A DNA stretch of 64,000 nt from an uncultured Chloroflexia bacterium (lineage in GTDB: Bacteria; Chloroflexota; Limnocylindria; Limnocylindrales; CSP1-4): NCBI GenBank assembly GCA_963833225.1, contig CAWHXD010000017.1, forward strand, positions 128,001-192,000, given 5' to 3'. Positions within the stretch are counted from its first letter, which is position 1. Every line of letters starts with the position of its first letter. The notes beneath the pieces were generated by a model that saw nothing but the letters and a program-made list of their open reading frames with translations, was not told the DNA's origin and searched no databases. Below, one piece after another: positions 1 to 10,400 of the stretch. The position numbers and the translations under genes are program-made.

Positions 1-892
1 CCACGTCCGGGAAGGCGTCTCCGAACATGCGGGACGCGATCGATCGGAACCGGTCCCTGTCACCGGTGGTCAGCTGCCGGTGCACCGGCGGCGCACCATA
101 GGTCTCGGCCGGACGCGAGTGACCCGCCGCCCCGGGGTCCGCGGCCGTCCCACGCGTGGTCCCGGGTGCCTCGAGCGCGTTGACCGACAGCAGCTCGGCG
201 AGGGTCGCCGCAGTGGCGGTCGCCGAATCCACGATCGCGACCCGGTCACCGACGGCGCGGGTCAGGATCGGCCGGAGCAACGGGTAGTGCGTGCAGCCGA
301 GCAGCAGCGTGTCGATCTTGGCGGACGGCGGCCGTGGGAACACGAACTCCCCCGCCCCGTCGCGCTCGCCGAGCAGCGGGGCCAGCTCCTCCTCGACAAC
401 CGCCTCGAGCTCGTCACCGGACAGGATCCCCGCTTCCACCATCGGGACGAACCTCGGCGTGGCGTGCTCGTAGACCTCCACCGCGGGGTTCTCGTCCTTG
501 ATCGCGTTGAAGTAGGCGTGGGATCGGACGGTCGCCGGGGTCGCGATCACGCCCACCCGCCGGTTCCGCGTGGCGAGGGCTGCGGCCGCCGCGCCGGGCC
601 GGACCACGCCCAGCACCGGCAGGGCGTATCGGGCACGCAGGTCGCGGAGCGCCACCGCCGTTGACGTGTTGCAGGCGACGACCAGCGCCTTGACGTTCCG
701 CCCGGCGAGCTCGTCGAGCGCCTCGGCAGAGAACCGGCGGACCTCGTCATCGGTGCGAACCCCGTACGGGGCGCGGGCATTGTCGCCGAGGTAGATGGTG
801 GACTCGTGGGGGGAACGCCGGAGGATCTCCCGCAGGACGGTCAGGCCGCCGACGCCGGAGTCGAAGATCCCGATGGGTCGAGGATCGGACAC
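1..892 (-). CDS. murI: Glutamate racemase (3' end runs off the window)
   Basis: Absent from the ORF track because it is open at the edge. Manual translation from GTG at 892 gives MSDPRPIGIFDSGVGGLTVLREILRRSPHESTIYLGDNARAPYG, with ACNT and LGCTHYP catalytic motifs further on. Confidence 0.95.
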   Translation of the reverse strand, partial: MSDPRPIGIFDSGVGGLTVLREILRRSPHESTIYLGDNARAPYGVRTDDEVRRFSAEALDELAGRNVKALVVACNTSTAVALRDLRARYALPVLGVVRPGAAAAALATRNRRVGVIATPATVRSHAYFNAIKDENPAVEVYEHATPRFVPMVEAGILSGDELEAVVEEELAPLLGERDGAGEFVFPRPPSAKIDTLLLGCTHYPLLRPILTRAVGDRVAIVDSATATAATLAELLSVNALEAPGTTRGTAADPGAAGHSRPAETYGAPPVHRQLTTGDRDRFRSIASRMFGDAFPDV

Positions 893-901
893 GCCCGGGC
901 G

Positions 902-2041
902 CTACCGGCGCGCGGCCGCGGGGGCGGCGCGGCCGATCAGCTCGCTCGCGGTCCGGGTCACGTCCTGGCTGATCTGCGCCGTCGGGTCCGCGAGGACGAA
1001 CGGGATTCCCTCGTTGTTGGTGCGGACCACGAGCGCGCCGCCGGAGGTGACGTGGTGCTCCGGGGTCCGGCCGAGGGCGCGGCTCAGCGTCTCCGGATCG
1101 ATGCCGCCGGTGGAATCGGCCCGGTTCACCAGGTACCGCACCTTGGTTGGCGGATACCCGATCATCCGGAAGGCATCCGCCATGACCATCGTCGAGTGGA
1201 TCGCGGTCGAGTCGTAGGTGACGACCTCGAGGATCGTGTCCGACGTGTCCAGGAAGGCGAGGTTGATGTCGTTCACGACCGCGGGCGAGTCCACGATCAC
1301 GACCTCGTAGACCCGGCGGAGCAGGCTGAGCGTCTTCTCGAGATCGCGGACCGTGACCATCTCGGCCATCTCGACCCGCGGCGGCGCGAGCAGGATGTCG
1401 ATGCCCGACGGGTCCCGCCACAGGACGTCGGCGAGATCCGACTCCTGGATGCGGTCCGTCGGCAGGTCAAGCAGCGATGGCGCCTCGATCGGCACCTTGA
1501 GCAGCGCTCGCAGGTCGCCGAACTGGAGGCTGCCGTCGATGAGCACCGTGCGCGCGCCGAGCTGGCCGACGGCCACCGCGAGGTTGAAGGCGAGCGTGGT
1601 CTTGCCGACCCCGCCCTTGGGCGCGAAGACCGTGATCATCCGGGCGAGGTGCGAGCCGTCCGATGTCTGCGAGGCCTGGTGGACCTGCTGCAGGCCGGTG
1701 ACCAGCTCATAGCCCGTGAACGGCATCGCGAGCACGCCGTGGACGCCGATGCTCGGGTCCACCTTGACCGGCTGCTGCGGGACCGTGAGCACGATGACCG
1801 GGATCTGCAGCCCCGTCTGCTGGATCTGGGCGACCAGGTTCAGCCCCTTCACACGGCCCTGGAGGAGCGCGTCCACCATGACCACATCGGGCCGCAGCTC
1901 GTTGATCAGGTTGAGGACCTTCGAGCCGTCGCTCGCGACGTCAAGCAGCTTGATCGCCGACTGCGTGTTGAGCAGCCCGCGCACGTACTGCGCCACCTGG
2001 GGAACGTCCTCGACGACGAGGAGGCGGATCAAGTCCGACAT
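902..2041 (-). CDS. Receiver domain fused to a CpaE/TadZ/MinD-like P-loop ATPase
   Basis: N-terminal REC fold (LLVVED...PDVVMVD), deviant Walker A PKGGVGKTT, and the DGSLQFGDL and VIVDSP motifs typical of CpaE-like proteins. Confidence 0.85.
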   Translation of the reverse strand: MSDLIRLLVVEDVPQVAQYVRGLLNTQSAIKLLDVASDGSKVLNLINELRPDVVMVDALLQGRVKGLNLVAQIQQTGLQIPVIVLTVPQQPVKVDPSIGVHGVLAMPFTGYELVTGLQQVHQASQTSDGSHLARMITVFAPKGGVGKTTLAFNLAVAVGQLGARTVLIDGSLQFGDLRALLKVPIEAPSLLDLPTDRIQESDLADVLWRDPSGIDILLAPPRVEMAEMVTVRDLEKTLSLLRRVYEVVIVDSPAVVNDINLAFLDTSDTILEVVTYDSTAIHSTMVMADAFRMIGYPPTKVRYLVNRADSTGGIDPETLSRALGRTPEHHVTSGGALVVRTNNEGIPFVLADPTAQISQDVTRTASELIGRAAPAAARR

Positions 2042-2141
2042 CGGCTCGACTCTACCACGCAGGCCCCGCCCCGCACGCAGGCATCGATGGTCCCCGGGTG
2101 CCCATCCTGGAGGGCCATCCCCGGCGAAGGTCGGCGCCCGG

Positions 2142-2921
2142 TCATGGCCTCCGCGCGACCATCACGACGCGCTCGGCACCCGGGTCCAGGGCGCCGAGAT
2201 CGTAGCCGCCCGCGAGCGTCTCCACGACCAGCCCCGCGGCGTCGGCAAACGCCGCCAGCTCGTCGGGTGACACGAGGCGCAGGCGGTCGACCCGGACCCA
2301 GCGAACCGCGGGTTCACCTGGGGCGCCCTCCTCGAAGATCGTGGTGAGCATCACCGACACGCTCGTGGCGTCGTACAGGGCGCTGCAGGACTTGGTCACG
2401 AGCCGGCCGGACTCCCGGTCGATACGGGCCCACTCGAGGACCAGCCGCCCGTCGTAGCGAGCCAGGTCATCGGCGTCGGGGAGCCAGGCGTCCACCATCG
2501 CGACGCCACCCGGTCGGAGGTGTGCAGCGAGCGTCACGACGGCGGCGGCCTGGTCGGCGCGATTGCCCATCAGGAAGATCGAGTTGAGGGGAATCACCGC
2601 CAGCGAGAACGCACCCGCCTCCGGCAGGCGGGCGGTCCGGGCATCGGCCTCCAGCAGGTGCACGCGGCGGGCCACCTCCCGGCCCGCGGCGTCCGCTCGC
2701 TCCCGGGCACGGGCGAGCATCGCCGGGTCCGTATCGATGCCGGTGACCTCGTGGCCGGCCTCCGCCAGCGGGACGGTGAGCCGGCCGGTGCCGGCGGCAA
2801 GCTCCAGGATGGGGCCGTCGGCGCGCGCTGCGAGCGCCAGCAGCAGGTCGAGATCGCCCGGGTCGTCCTCGAGGTCGAGGTCGTACAGGCGGGCGAGCGC
2901 TGCCGCCGCGGTCTCCGTCAT
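2142..2921 (-). CDS. Class I SAM-dependent methyltransferase
   Basis: Begins MTETAAAALARLYDLD; motif I is ILELAAGTGR. The ATG at 2921 overlaps the speB stop (ATGA). Confidence 0.85.
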   Translation of the reverse strand: MTETAAAALARLYDLDLEDDPGDLDLLLALAARADGPILELAAGTGRLTVPLAEAGHEVTGIDTDPAMLARARERADAAGREVARRVHLLEADARTARLPEAGAFSLAVIPLNSIFLMGNRADQAAAVVTLAAHLRPGGVAMVDAWLPDADDLARYDGRLVLEWARIDRESGRLVTKSCSALYDATSVSVMLTTIFEEGAPGEPAVRWVRVDRLRLVSPDELAAFADAAGLVVETLAGGYDLGALDPGAERVVMVARRP

Positions 2922-3988
2922 GCGGACGGCCGCTCGTGACGGATCGGGTGGCCGCCAAGGCGCTTGGCGGCGAGCGCCGAGATGACCTCGAGGGCGACGC
3001 GGTTGGCCGCCATGGCGGTCACCTCCGCGTGATCGTAGGGCGGGGAGACCTCGACGATGTCCACGCCCGCGATCTCGACCGCTCCGGCCACCCGGCGGAC
3101 CGCCCGCAGCAGCTCGCGCGGCAGGAACCCGCCCGGCTCGGGGGTGCCGGTGCCCGGCGCGGACCCCGGGTCGATGACGTCGATGTCCACCGACAGGTAG
3201 ATCGAATCGGGGCCATCGAGCGCCTCGGCGATCGCGTCGTCGATGACGGCCTCCGCTCCCCGCTCCTCGATCTCGCGCATCAGGTGCCAGCGCAGGCCCT
3301 GCTCGCGCATCCACTCGAACGTCTCGACCGGCGGCCAGTAGCCGCGCAGGCCCACCTGGACGAAGTTGCGGCCCTTGACAGCGCCCGACTCGATCAGCCG
3401 CCGCATCGGCGTCCCGTGGCCCGCCAGGACGCCCCAGTCCTCGTTCGCGGTGTCCGCGTGGGCATCGAAATGGACGATCCCGATGGACCCCGGCCGGCGC
3501 ACCTCCGCGACCGCCGTCGCGGACGGCCACGTGATCGAGTGATCACCGCCCAGGACGATCGGAATGGCGCCGGTGTCGGCGACCTCGTGAACCTTGCGAT
3601 AGATGAAGGCATGGGCACGCTCGATCCAGGCTGGGACGATGTTCGCATCGCCGGCATCGACGACATCGAGGATCTCGAACGGCTCGAGACCCAGCTGCAG
3701 CGAGTGGATCGACCCGCTCGTGTACTGCGCTTCGCGAATGGCCCGCGGCCCGAACCGTGCGCCCGGGCGATGGCTGACGGCATCGTCGAAGGGAGCCCCC
3801 ACGATGGCGATATCGGCGCGGCGGGCGCGCAGCTCAGCCGGATCGGGGACCCACGGCAGCTTCATGAACGTCGGCAGCCCGACATAGGTTGGCAGGTCGT
3901 AGTCCGAGAATGCCTCGTACGGCTGGTTCCAGCCGTTGCGTGAGGCGAAATCGGGCCCGTCGCCCGCTCGATGGGGACGCTCGGCCAC
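2918..3988 (-). CDS. speB: Agmatinase (ureohydrolase family)
   Basis: GGDHS, HFDAHAD, SVDIDVIDP, APGTGTP and VEVSPPYD motifs. Confidence 0.88.
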   Translation of the reverse strand: MAERPHRAGDGPDFASRNGWNQPYEAFSDYDLPTYVGLPTFMKLPWVPDPAELRARRADIAIVGAPFDDAVSHRPGARFGPRAIREAQYTSGSIHSLQLGLEPFEILDVVDAGDANIVPAWIERAHAFIYRKVHEVADTGAIPIVLGGDHSITWPSATAVAEVRRPGSIGIVHFDAHADTANEDWGVLAGHGTPMRRLIESGAVKGRNFVQVGLRGYWPPVETFEWMREQGLRWHLMREIEERGAEAVIDDAIAEALDGPDSIYLSVDIDVIDPGSAPGTGTPEPGGFLPRELLRAVRRVAGAVEIAGVDIVEVSPPYDHAEVTAMAANRVALEVISALAAKRLGGHPIRHERPSA

Positions 3989-4133
3989 GTGTTGTCCTCA
4001 GCGCGAGCGCCGCCGGTTCGGGTCGGCCGTCCAGCGGGGCGCAGGGCGGCATGGTAGCGCGTGCCGGAGCCCGTGGCACCCGACCCCGCGCCTGCCGCGA
4101 CGATCCGGGCGGTCCACCAGCGAGCGCGGGGGC

Positions 4134-5345
4134 TCAGCCCTCCCCGCGAAACTCCCGCCACGCCGCCTCGGCAACCGATGGATCGAGCAGCAGGTCGAGC
4201 GCCGTCTGGGCCACGATCGTCGCCGCGAGGAGCACGGTCCGGTCGGCCAGCGGGCGGGCCGCCGCATCGCGGAACTCGATGGAATGCCCCGGGGTCGGAC
4301 CCTCGGTGATCGACATCTCCGGGTGGATCGCCGGCAGCACCATGGACACGTTGGCCATGTCCGTCGAGCCCGAGGCCGAGTCCTTGCCCAGGTCCCGCAG
4401 CCCATAGGCGGCCGCGTTCGCAAGCCAGCGGGTGGCCAGCGTCCGGTTGTGCTTCATGGTGGAGGCGTAGCCCGAGAACTCGATCTCGACCTCGACGCCA
4501 GCGGCCAGCGCCGCCGCCTTGCACAGCTCCTCGAACCGCGGCTTCATCACGTCGTCGTAGAAGGCCTGCTCGGCCGACCGGATCATGAACCAGGCGCGCG
4601 TCCGGTCGGGGATGATGTTGGCCGCGGTGCCACCCTCGGCGATGATCCCGTGGACCCGACAGTGGGGTGGCAGCTGCTGACGCCACAGCCCGACCGAGAC
4701 GAACAGGGCGATCATCGCGTCCAGCGCGTTCCGGCCGGCCCATGGCTCGGAGGCCGCGTGGGACTGCAGCCCCTTGAACACGACGGTGACGTCCTCCGAC
4801 GCGAGCGGTGCCACCTCGACGTAGTTCGCGTCGGCCGGGTGGAACAGGAGGGCCGCGTCCAGGCCGTCGAACAGCCCGTCGCGGATCATGATCTCCTTGC
4901 CGCTGCCCCGCTCCTCGGCGGGCGTGCCGAGGAACACGACCTCGCCGGCCCAGGCGTCGCGCACCGCCGCGAGGGCCAGTGCCGCCCCCACGCCGCTGGC
5001 GGCCATCGTGTTGTGGCCGCAGCCGTGTCCCAGGCCGGGCAGCGCGTCGTATTCCGCGAGGACGCCGATCCGCGGACCGTCAGCCCCAAGGCCGCCCGTG
5101 ATCCGGGCGCGGACGGCGGTTGCGAGGCTGCCGGCCGGGTACTCGACGACATACCCGTGGCGGCCAACCACTTCGGAGCACCACGCGGCCGCCTGGTGCT
5201 CCTCGAAGGCCGGCTCCGGGTTCGCGTGGATGCGATGGGACAGGTCCAGGATCTCGTCGCGCGCCGCGTCCACGGCAGCTGCGGCACGGCCCTTCACGTC
5301 GGCGAACGGCTCGGCGGGGCGCGCGGCCAGCGGCGACTCGGTCAT
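4134..5345 (-). CDS. M20 family amidohydrolase (PM20D2/AbgB-like)
   Basis: IHANPEPAFEE, EYDALPGLGHGCGHN, GTPAEE and GSTDMANVS motifs. Confidence 0.88.
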   Translation of the reverse strand: MTESPLAARPAEPFADVKGRAAAAVDAARDEILDLSHRIHANPEPAFEEHQAAAWCSEVVGRHGYVVEYPAGSLATAVRARITGGLGADGPRIGVLAEYDALPGLGHGCGHNTMAASGVGAALALAAVRDAWAGEVVFLGTPAEERGSGKEIMIRDGLFDGLDAALLFHPADANYVEVAPLASEDVTVVFKGLQSHAASEPWAGRNALDAMIALFVSVGLWRQQLPPHCRVHGIIAEGGTAANIIPDRTRAWFMIRSAEQAFYDDVMKPRFEELCKAAALAAGVEVEIEFSGYASTMKHNRTLATRWLANAAAYGLRDLGKDSASGSTDMANVSMVLPAIHPEMSITEGPTPGHSIEFRDAAARPLADRTVLLAATIVAQTALDLLLDPSVAEAAWREFRGEG

Positions 5346-5354
5346 GGGTGGCTC

Positions 5355-5729
5355 CTAGCGTTCAGCGGACAGCGTGATCTCGGCCACGACGAAGATGGCG
5401 GCCAGGAAGAGCACGATCGGCAATTGGAAGGCGTCGACCATCCGGAGGACGACGAGCACGGCGACGAACAGGCCGACCCAGGCACCGCGGCGGCCGGCTC
5501 GCATCCAGTCCCCCGTGTAGGCGATCCGCCGGTGCCGGGCGAACACGGCAAGCCATGCCAGGGGTGCGGCGACGAGGCCCACGGCGAGGCCGAGCAGCAG
5601 CGCTCCGAGATAGCCGGCCGCCACGTCCTGGTACGGATCGCGGCTCGTCACGAGGATGGCGACGAGGATCCACGCGACGCCGTCCGCCGCGAGCAGCCCG
5701 AGGTTGAAGATCCGGTCCCGTGGCTCCAT
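5355..5729 (-). CDS. Small membrane protein with about 4 TM segments, unknown function
   Basis: Four hydrophobic segments; a -10-like TAGACT lies 7 nt before the ATG. Confidence 0.75.
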   Translation of the reverse strand: MEPRDRIFNLGLLAADGVAWILVAILVTSRDPYQDVAAGYLGALLLGLAVGLVAAPLAWLAVFARHRRIAYTGDWMRAGRRGAWVGLFVAVLVVLRMVDAFQLPIVLFLAAIFVVAEITLSAER

Positions 5730-5746
5730 CGAGGCGAGTCTACCCG

Positions 5747-6535
5747 TCAGGCGAGGGTCGCCAGCGCCGCCTCCAGGTCATCCAGCGTATCGAGCTCAAG
5801 ATCCGCCGAGACCGTCCCGTCGCGAACCGAGCCGGGCAGCGGCGAATCGTCCGGACGAGCCGCCAGCCACGCGGCGCGCCAGCCGGCCCGCTTGGCCCCC
5901 ACGACGTCGGCCGCCCAGTCGTCCCCCACGTGGAGGATCGCTTCCGGGGCAGGGCCGCCCAGGGCGACTCGGGCCGCGTCGAAGATGGCCGGGTGCGGCT
6001 TGATCGTCCCGACGCGCTGCGAGACGATGATCGTGTGCAGGAACGGGCTCCACCCAGCGGCCTCCGCGTAGCGGTCGATGGTGAGGGCCAGCGGCCAGTT
6101 GGACAGGATCCCCAGGCGGTAGCCGGCGCCGTGGAGCCGCCCGAGGAGCGCTCCCGCGGCCGGCGCCGGCGGCATCGCGGTGACGAACGCCCGCGAGTAG
6201 ACATCGATCGCCCACGCCGCCTCGCCCGTGGTCGAGCGGGCCGCGGCGGCAGCGTCGTCCCAACGCTCGCCCGGTGGCGGGGCAGGCATCCCCCGGAGCC
6301 GCGCGAGGATCCGCACCAGCCGCTGCGAGAGATCCACCTCGTGGAATTGCGGCACCTCCTCGCGGAACTGGCGCTGGCGCTCCTCGCCCCAGACCCGGAG
6401 CACCTCGGCCTCGTCGAACGGCCCGAGCTCGGCGGCCATCTGTCGGGCGGTCTCGGCCACGACACCGCGCAGGCCACCGGCGGAGACCGGGACCAGCGTG
6501 TTGCCAAAGTCGAGGGTGACCGCCGCGATGGTCAT
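5747..6535 (-). CDS. HAD-superfamily hydrolase
   Basis: Motif I DFGNT, motif II LSN, motif III KP and motif IV HVGDDWAADVVGA. Confidence 0.88.
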   Translation of the reverse strand: MTIAAVTLDFGNTLVPVSAGGLRGVVAETARQMAAELGPFDEAEVLRVWGEERQRQFREEVPQFHEVDLSQRLVRILARLRGMPAPPPGERWDDAAAAARSTTGEAAWAIDVYSRAFVTAMPPAPAAGALLGRLHGAGYRLGILSNWPLALTIDRYAEAAGWSPFLHTIIVSQRVGTIKPHPAIFDAARVALGGPAPEAILHVGDDWAADVVGAKRAGWRAAWLAARPDDSPLPGSVRDGTVSADLELDTLDDLEAALATLA

Positions 6536-7421
6536 CGCCGGTCACCCGTCTCGCTCGCCAGGCGATCTCGCGCGATCCCGGCCGCCACCGGGTTGCGGTC
6601 CACCAGCAGCCAGCGGCGCCCGAGGCGGGCTGCGGCAACGCCCGTCGTCCCCGAGCCGCAGTAGGGATCCAGCACGAGGTCGCCGGGCCGGCTCGAGGCG
6701 GCCACGATCCGCTCCAGGAGCCGGACCGGCTTCTGGGTGGGGTAGCCCGTCCGCTCCGGCGAGGCCGGGGGCACGATCGTCATCCACCACACGTCGGTGG
6801 GCAGCTTGCCACGGGCCGCCTTCTCGGGGCCCACCAGCCCCGGGGCGAGGTACGGGATGCGGTCCACGGCCTCACGGTCGAACAGCCAGGCGGGGCCCCT
6901 GGCGTACCACAGGATCGTGTCGTGCTTGCGCGGCCAGCGGTCACGGGCACGGCCACCGTAGTCGTACGCCCAGACGATCTCGTTGAGGAAGCGATCCGGC
7001 CCGAACACCTCGTCGAGCAGCAGGCGGACGTGGTGGACCGTTCGCCAGTCGACGTGGAGATAGAGCGAGCCGTGGGGCGCCAGGACCCGGTGCAGCTCGC
7101 GGACCCGGGCGCCAAGCGCGGCCAGGTGGGCCTCGAGCGGCAGATCGTCGTCCCAGGCGAGATCGCTCACCGCCTCCCAGGCAACGTCCCGGCCCCGGAA
7201 CCCGGACCGGGTACGCTCCCCGATCCCGTCCGGATCGAGACCAGGCGCTGCCGTTGGCCCGTGGCAAACGGCGGGTCCGCGTAGGCCAGGTCCACGGCCC
7301 CGGCCGGCATCGCCTCCAGGACGTCGAGGTTGTCCGCCTCGATGACCGCACCGCGCGCGCTCCCGGACACCACGCCGTCAAGCGACGCGCGCGTCCCATC
7401 GTCGAGCGGCGGCACGGCCAT
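6532..7421 (-). CDS. Beta-class N4/N6 DNA methyltransferase with one frameshift near 7220
   Basis: The 5' part has DNLDVL...DLAYADPPF. The 3' part has NEIVWAY, YPTQKP and VLDPYCGSGTT. Adding one G to the G-run near 7219-7222 joins them (IRTGSGERTRSGFRGRDVAWEAVSDLAW). Confidence 0.85.
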
Positions 7422-7426
7422 CGCCC

Positions 7427-10400
7427 TCAGCGGACCGCGCTCGCCGGGCAGATCTCCCGGAAGGCGCACCAGCTGCAGGCGAGATGATCCGGCTTGGCCG
7501 TGAAGCTCCGATCCCGGATCCCCGCCGCGGCCGCCCGGATCGACAGCCGCGCCTTGTCGATCCGCTTGCGATCCACCGCGATGGTGCCGACCAGGCCCGA
7601 CTCGAGGAAGTGGAGCGCGACCGCGTCGGGCAGACGGCCCGTCATTGCCTCGTAGCCCATGGCATAGATGCTCAGCTGGAGCGAGTCCTTGGCGCGCTGC
7701 CGGGCCTTGACCGGGTCACGGACGTCGGACGACTTGTAGTCGGTGATCACCACGTGCTCGGGGTAGGTGAACAGGGTGGGCTCCACGACGTCTGCCGCCG
7801 CCGATTCCGCGACGGCCGCGAGCACCTCGGGCGGTGCCCCGTCACGCGGGATGATGTCCACGCGGTCGTACCGGCCGCGGACGCGATCACCGTCGAGCAG
7901 GAAGCTGAACTCGCGCTCGACGTAGGCGGGGATGATGGCCCCGGGACGCAGCTGCTCGTCGCGGAATCGTCGCAGGGAGTCCCGGCCGGCGGCCAGTCGG
8001 GCTTCCTCGTGCTCGCGGGACAGGAACCCCTCCGATCGCCACGCAGCGGTGAACGCGTCCACCAGCTGCTCTTCGCTCATCACGTCGCCGCGCGCATGCC
8101 GCTTGTGGAACTCCGCGACGGCCGCGTGGATCGCCGCGCCGTAGATGATCGAGTGGTGCGGGGCAAGCGGGACGCGCAGCACGTGCGCGTACTTGTACTT
8201 GAGCGGGCAGGTCAGGTAATCGTCGATGGCGTAGAACGAGAGCGTGATCGGCTCGCCCGTCCGGGACCGGGACGCAACCGGGGCCGCCTCGGGCCGCTCG
8301 TTCGCGGCGAGCCGCTCCAGCGGTGAGCTTGCCTTCGCGCCCGCGCTCGATGCGCCCGCGGCAACGGGCAGATCCAGGGCCTCCAGCACGAACGGCGAGA
8401 CGCGCCGCGCGCGCTGCCCGCCGTAGTCCGCCGCGTGGCTGAGCACCAGCTCATCCCGTGCCCGCGTCATGCCGACGTAGAACAGCCGGCGCTCCTCCTG
8501 GAGCTGGTAGTCGCCCTCCGGCAGCGTCTCGTTGACCAGCTCCACCGGCAGCGCCAGCGGCTCCCGTCGCCCGGTCGCGGGGAATCGCCCGGCCACGAGA
8601 CCCGGCAGGAAGACGACCGGGAACTCCAGTCCCTTCGCCTTGTGGACGGTCATCACGGCCACGGCGTTCGCGTCCGGGTCGATGTCCGCCGTGGGCGGGT
8701 CGTCGCCGGCACCGATCAGGGTCTGGAGATGGCGCACGAAGAAGATGACCCGGTCATCCGCGAGGAGCGAGGACTGGGCACGGACGATGTCGAAGAACCG
8801 GGCGATGTTGGACAGCGCCTCCTCCGCCGCGACCGTCTCGGTCTCGGCGAGCCGCTTGAGCCAGCCCGAACCGCGCAGGAACGCGTACAGCACCTCGCCG
8901 GTCGGCCGCTCGTGGGCCAGGGCCACGTACTCGCGAAGGTCGGCGACGAGCTGGGCGCCGGTCGCGCGGGTCTCTGGCCGCAGGCGCAGGATCCCGGGCT
9001 GGCGCCCGAGCTCCTCGAGGATCTCGAACACGCTCCGGTTCCGTCGTCGCGCGGTGTTGACGATGTTGACCAGGTCCTCGCCGCCCATCTCGTACAGCGG
9101 CGACGCCGCGAGCGCGTACACGTCCACCGATGCGTTGGGATCCGCGACCGCGCGCAGGAACGAGAGCAGCAGCTTGATCTCCGGCCGCGCATAGAGTCCG
9201 CTGGTGCCGGAGAACCGCCACGGGATCCCCTCCAGGTTCAACGAGCGGAGCACGGGGTCCGCGGCGGCGTTCGCCCGGACCAGGATCGCGACATCGCGCG
9301 GCGGAGCGCCCTCGCGGACCCGCCGGGCGATGTCCGCGGCGATCCAGTCCGCCTCCTCCGCGCCCGACGCGAACGCCTCGTGCCGGACAGCCGGGGCGTC
9401 GTCGCCGCCGCGCTCCGGGACGAGCTTCTTGACGATCCCCGCCTTGACCTCGAGCCGGTCCGGATCGTTGTGACGGACCAGCCGGTAGGCGGCGTCGAGG
9501 ATGGGTCCGCGAGACCGGTAGTTGCGGCGCAGGACGACGACCCTCGCGTTCCGGTAGCGCTCCCGGAACTCCAGGATGTTGCTGATCGCCGCGCCGCGGA
9601 ACTTGTAGATCGACTGGTCGTCGTCCCCCACCACGGTCACGTTGCGGTGGCGCTGGGCGACGAGGGCGACCAGCTCCGCCTGGGCCCGGTTCGTGTCCTG
9701 GAACTCGTCCACGAGCACGTACCGGAACCGCTGCTGGATCTGTTCGCGCGCGGAGGGTGAGTCGCGCAGGAGCCGGAGAGCGAGCGAGACCTGGTCCCCG
9801 AAGTCGATGGCCCCGTTTGCGGCCAGCAGCCGCTGGTACGTGCCATAGGCGCGGGCCAGCTCGCCCCGCCGGCGCGCCTCCTCGGCCAGGGCCGCCACGG
9901 CGTCGGGGTCCGCGTCCGGCGCTTCGCCCGCCGCGGCCGCCTCCGCCGCCAGTCGCTCGGCGTGGGCAAGGAAGGCGTCCGGTGAGACGTCCTCGTCCTT
10001 GGCCCGCGAGAACAGGGTCGCGAGCGCATCGAGGAACTTGGTCGGATCGCCCAGCGGCCGATACTCATCGAGGCCCAGCTCGAACACGTGCTCGCGCAGG
10101 AACACGACCGTCTCGGGACGCGACAGCACGCGGACGTCCGATGGCAGCCCCAGCTCCAGCGCGAACTCGCGAACCAGGCGGTCTCCGAAGGCATGGAAGG
10201 TCGAGATCGCCGTGTCCGTGTAGCCGTAGGGGACGAGCTGGTCCACGCGCACCTGCATCTCGTCCGCCGCCTGGTCCGTGAACGTCAGGGCCAGGATCTC
10301 GGCGGGACGGGCGCGCTTGGTGGCGATCAGCCAGGCGATCCGGCGGGTGATGACCTGGGTCTTGCCCGTCCCCGCGCCGGCGACCACCAGCAGCGGCCCG

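Noticed and set aside
7215-7225. Phase-variable switch in the DNA methyltransferase
   Set aside because: The G-run is only four bases, too short for a typical contingency tract, and similar indels hit unrelated housekeeping genes.
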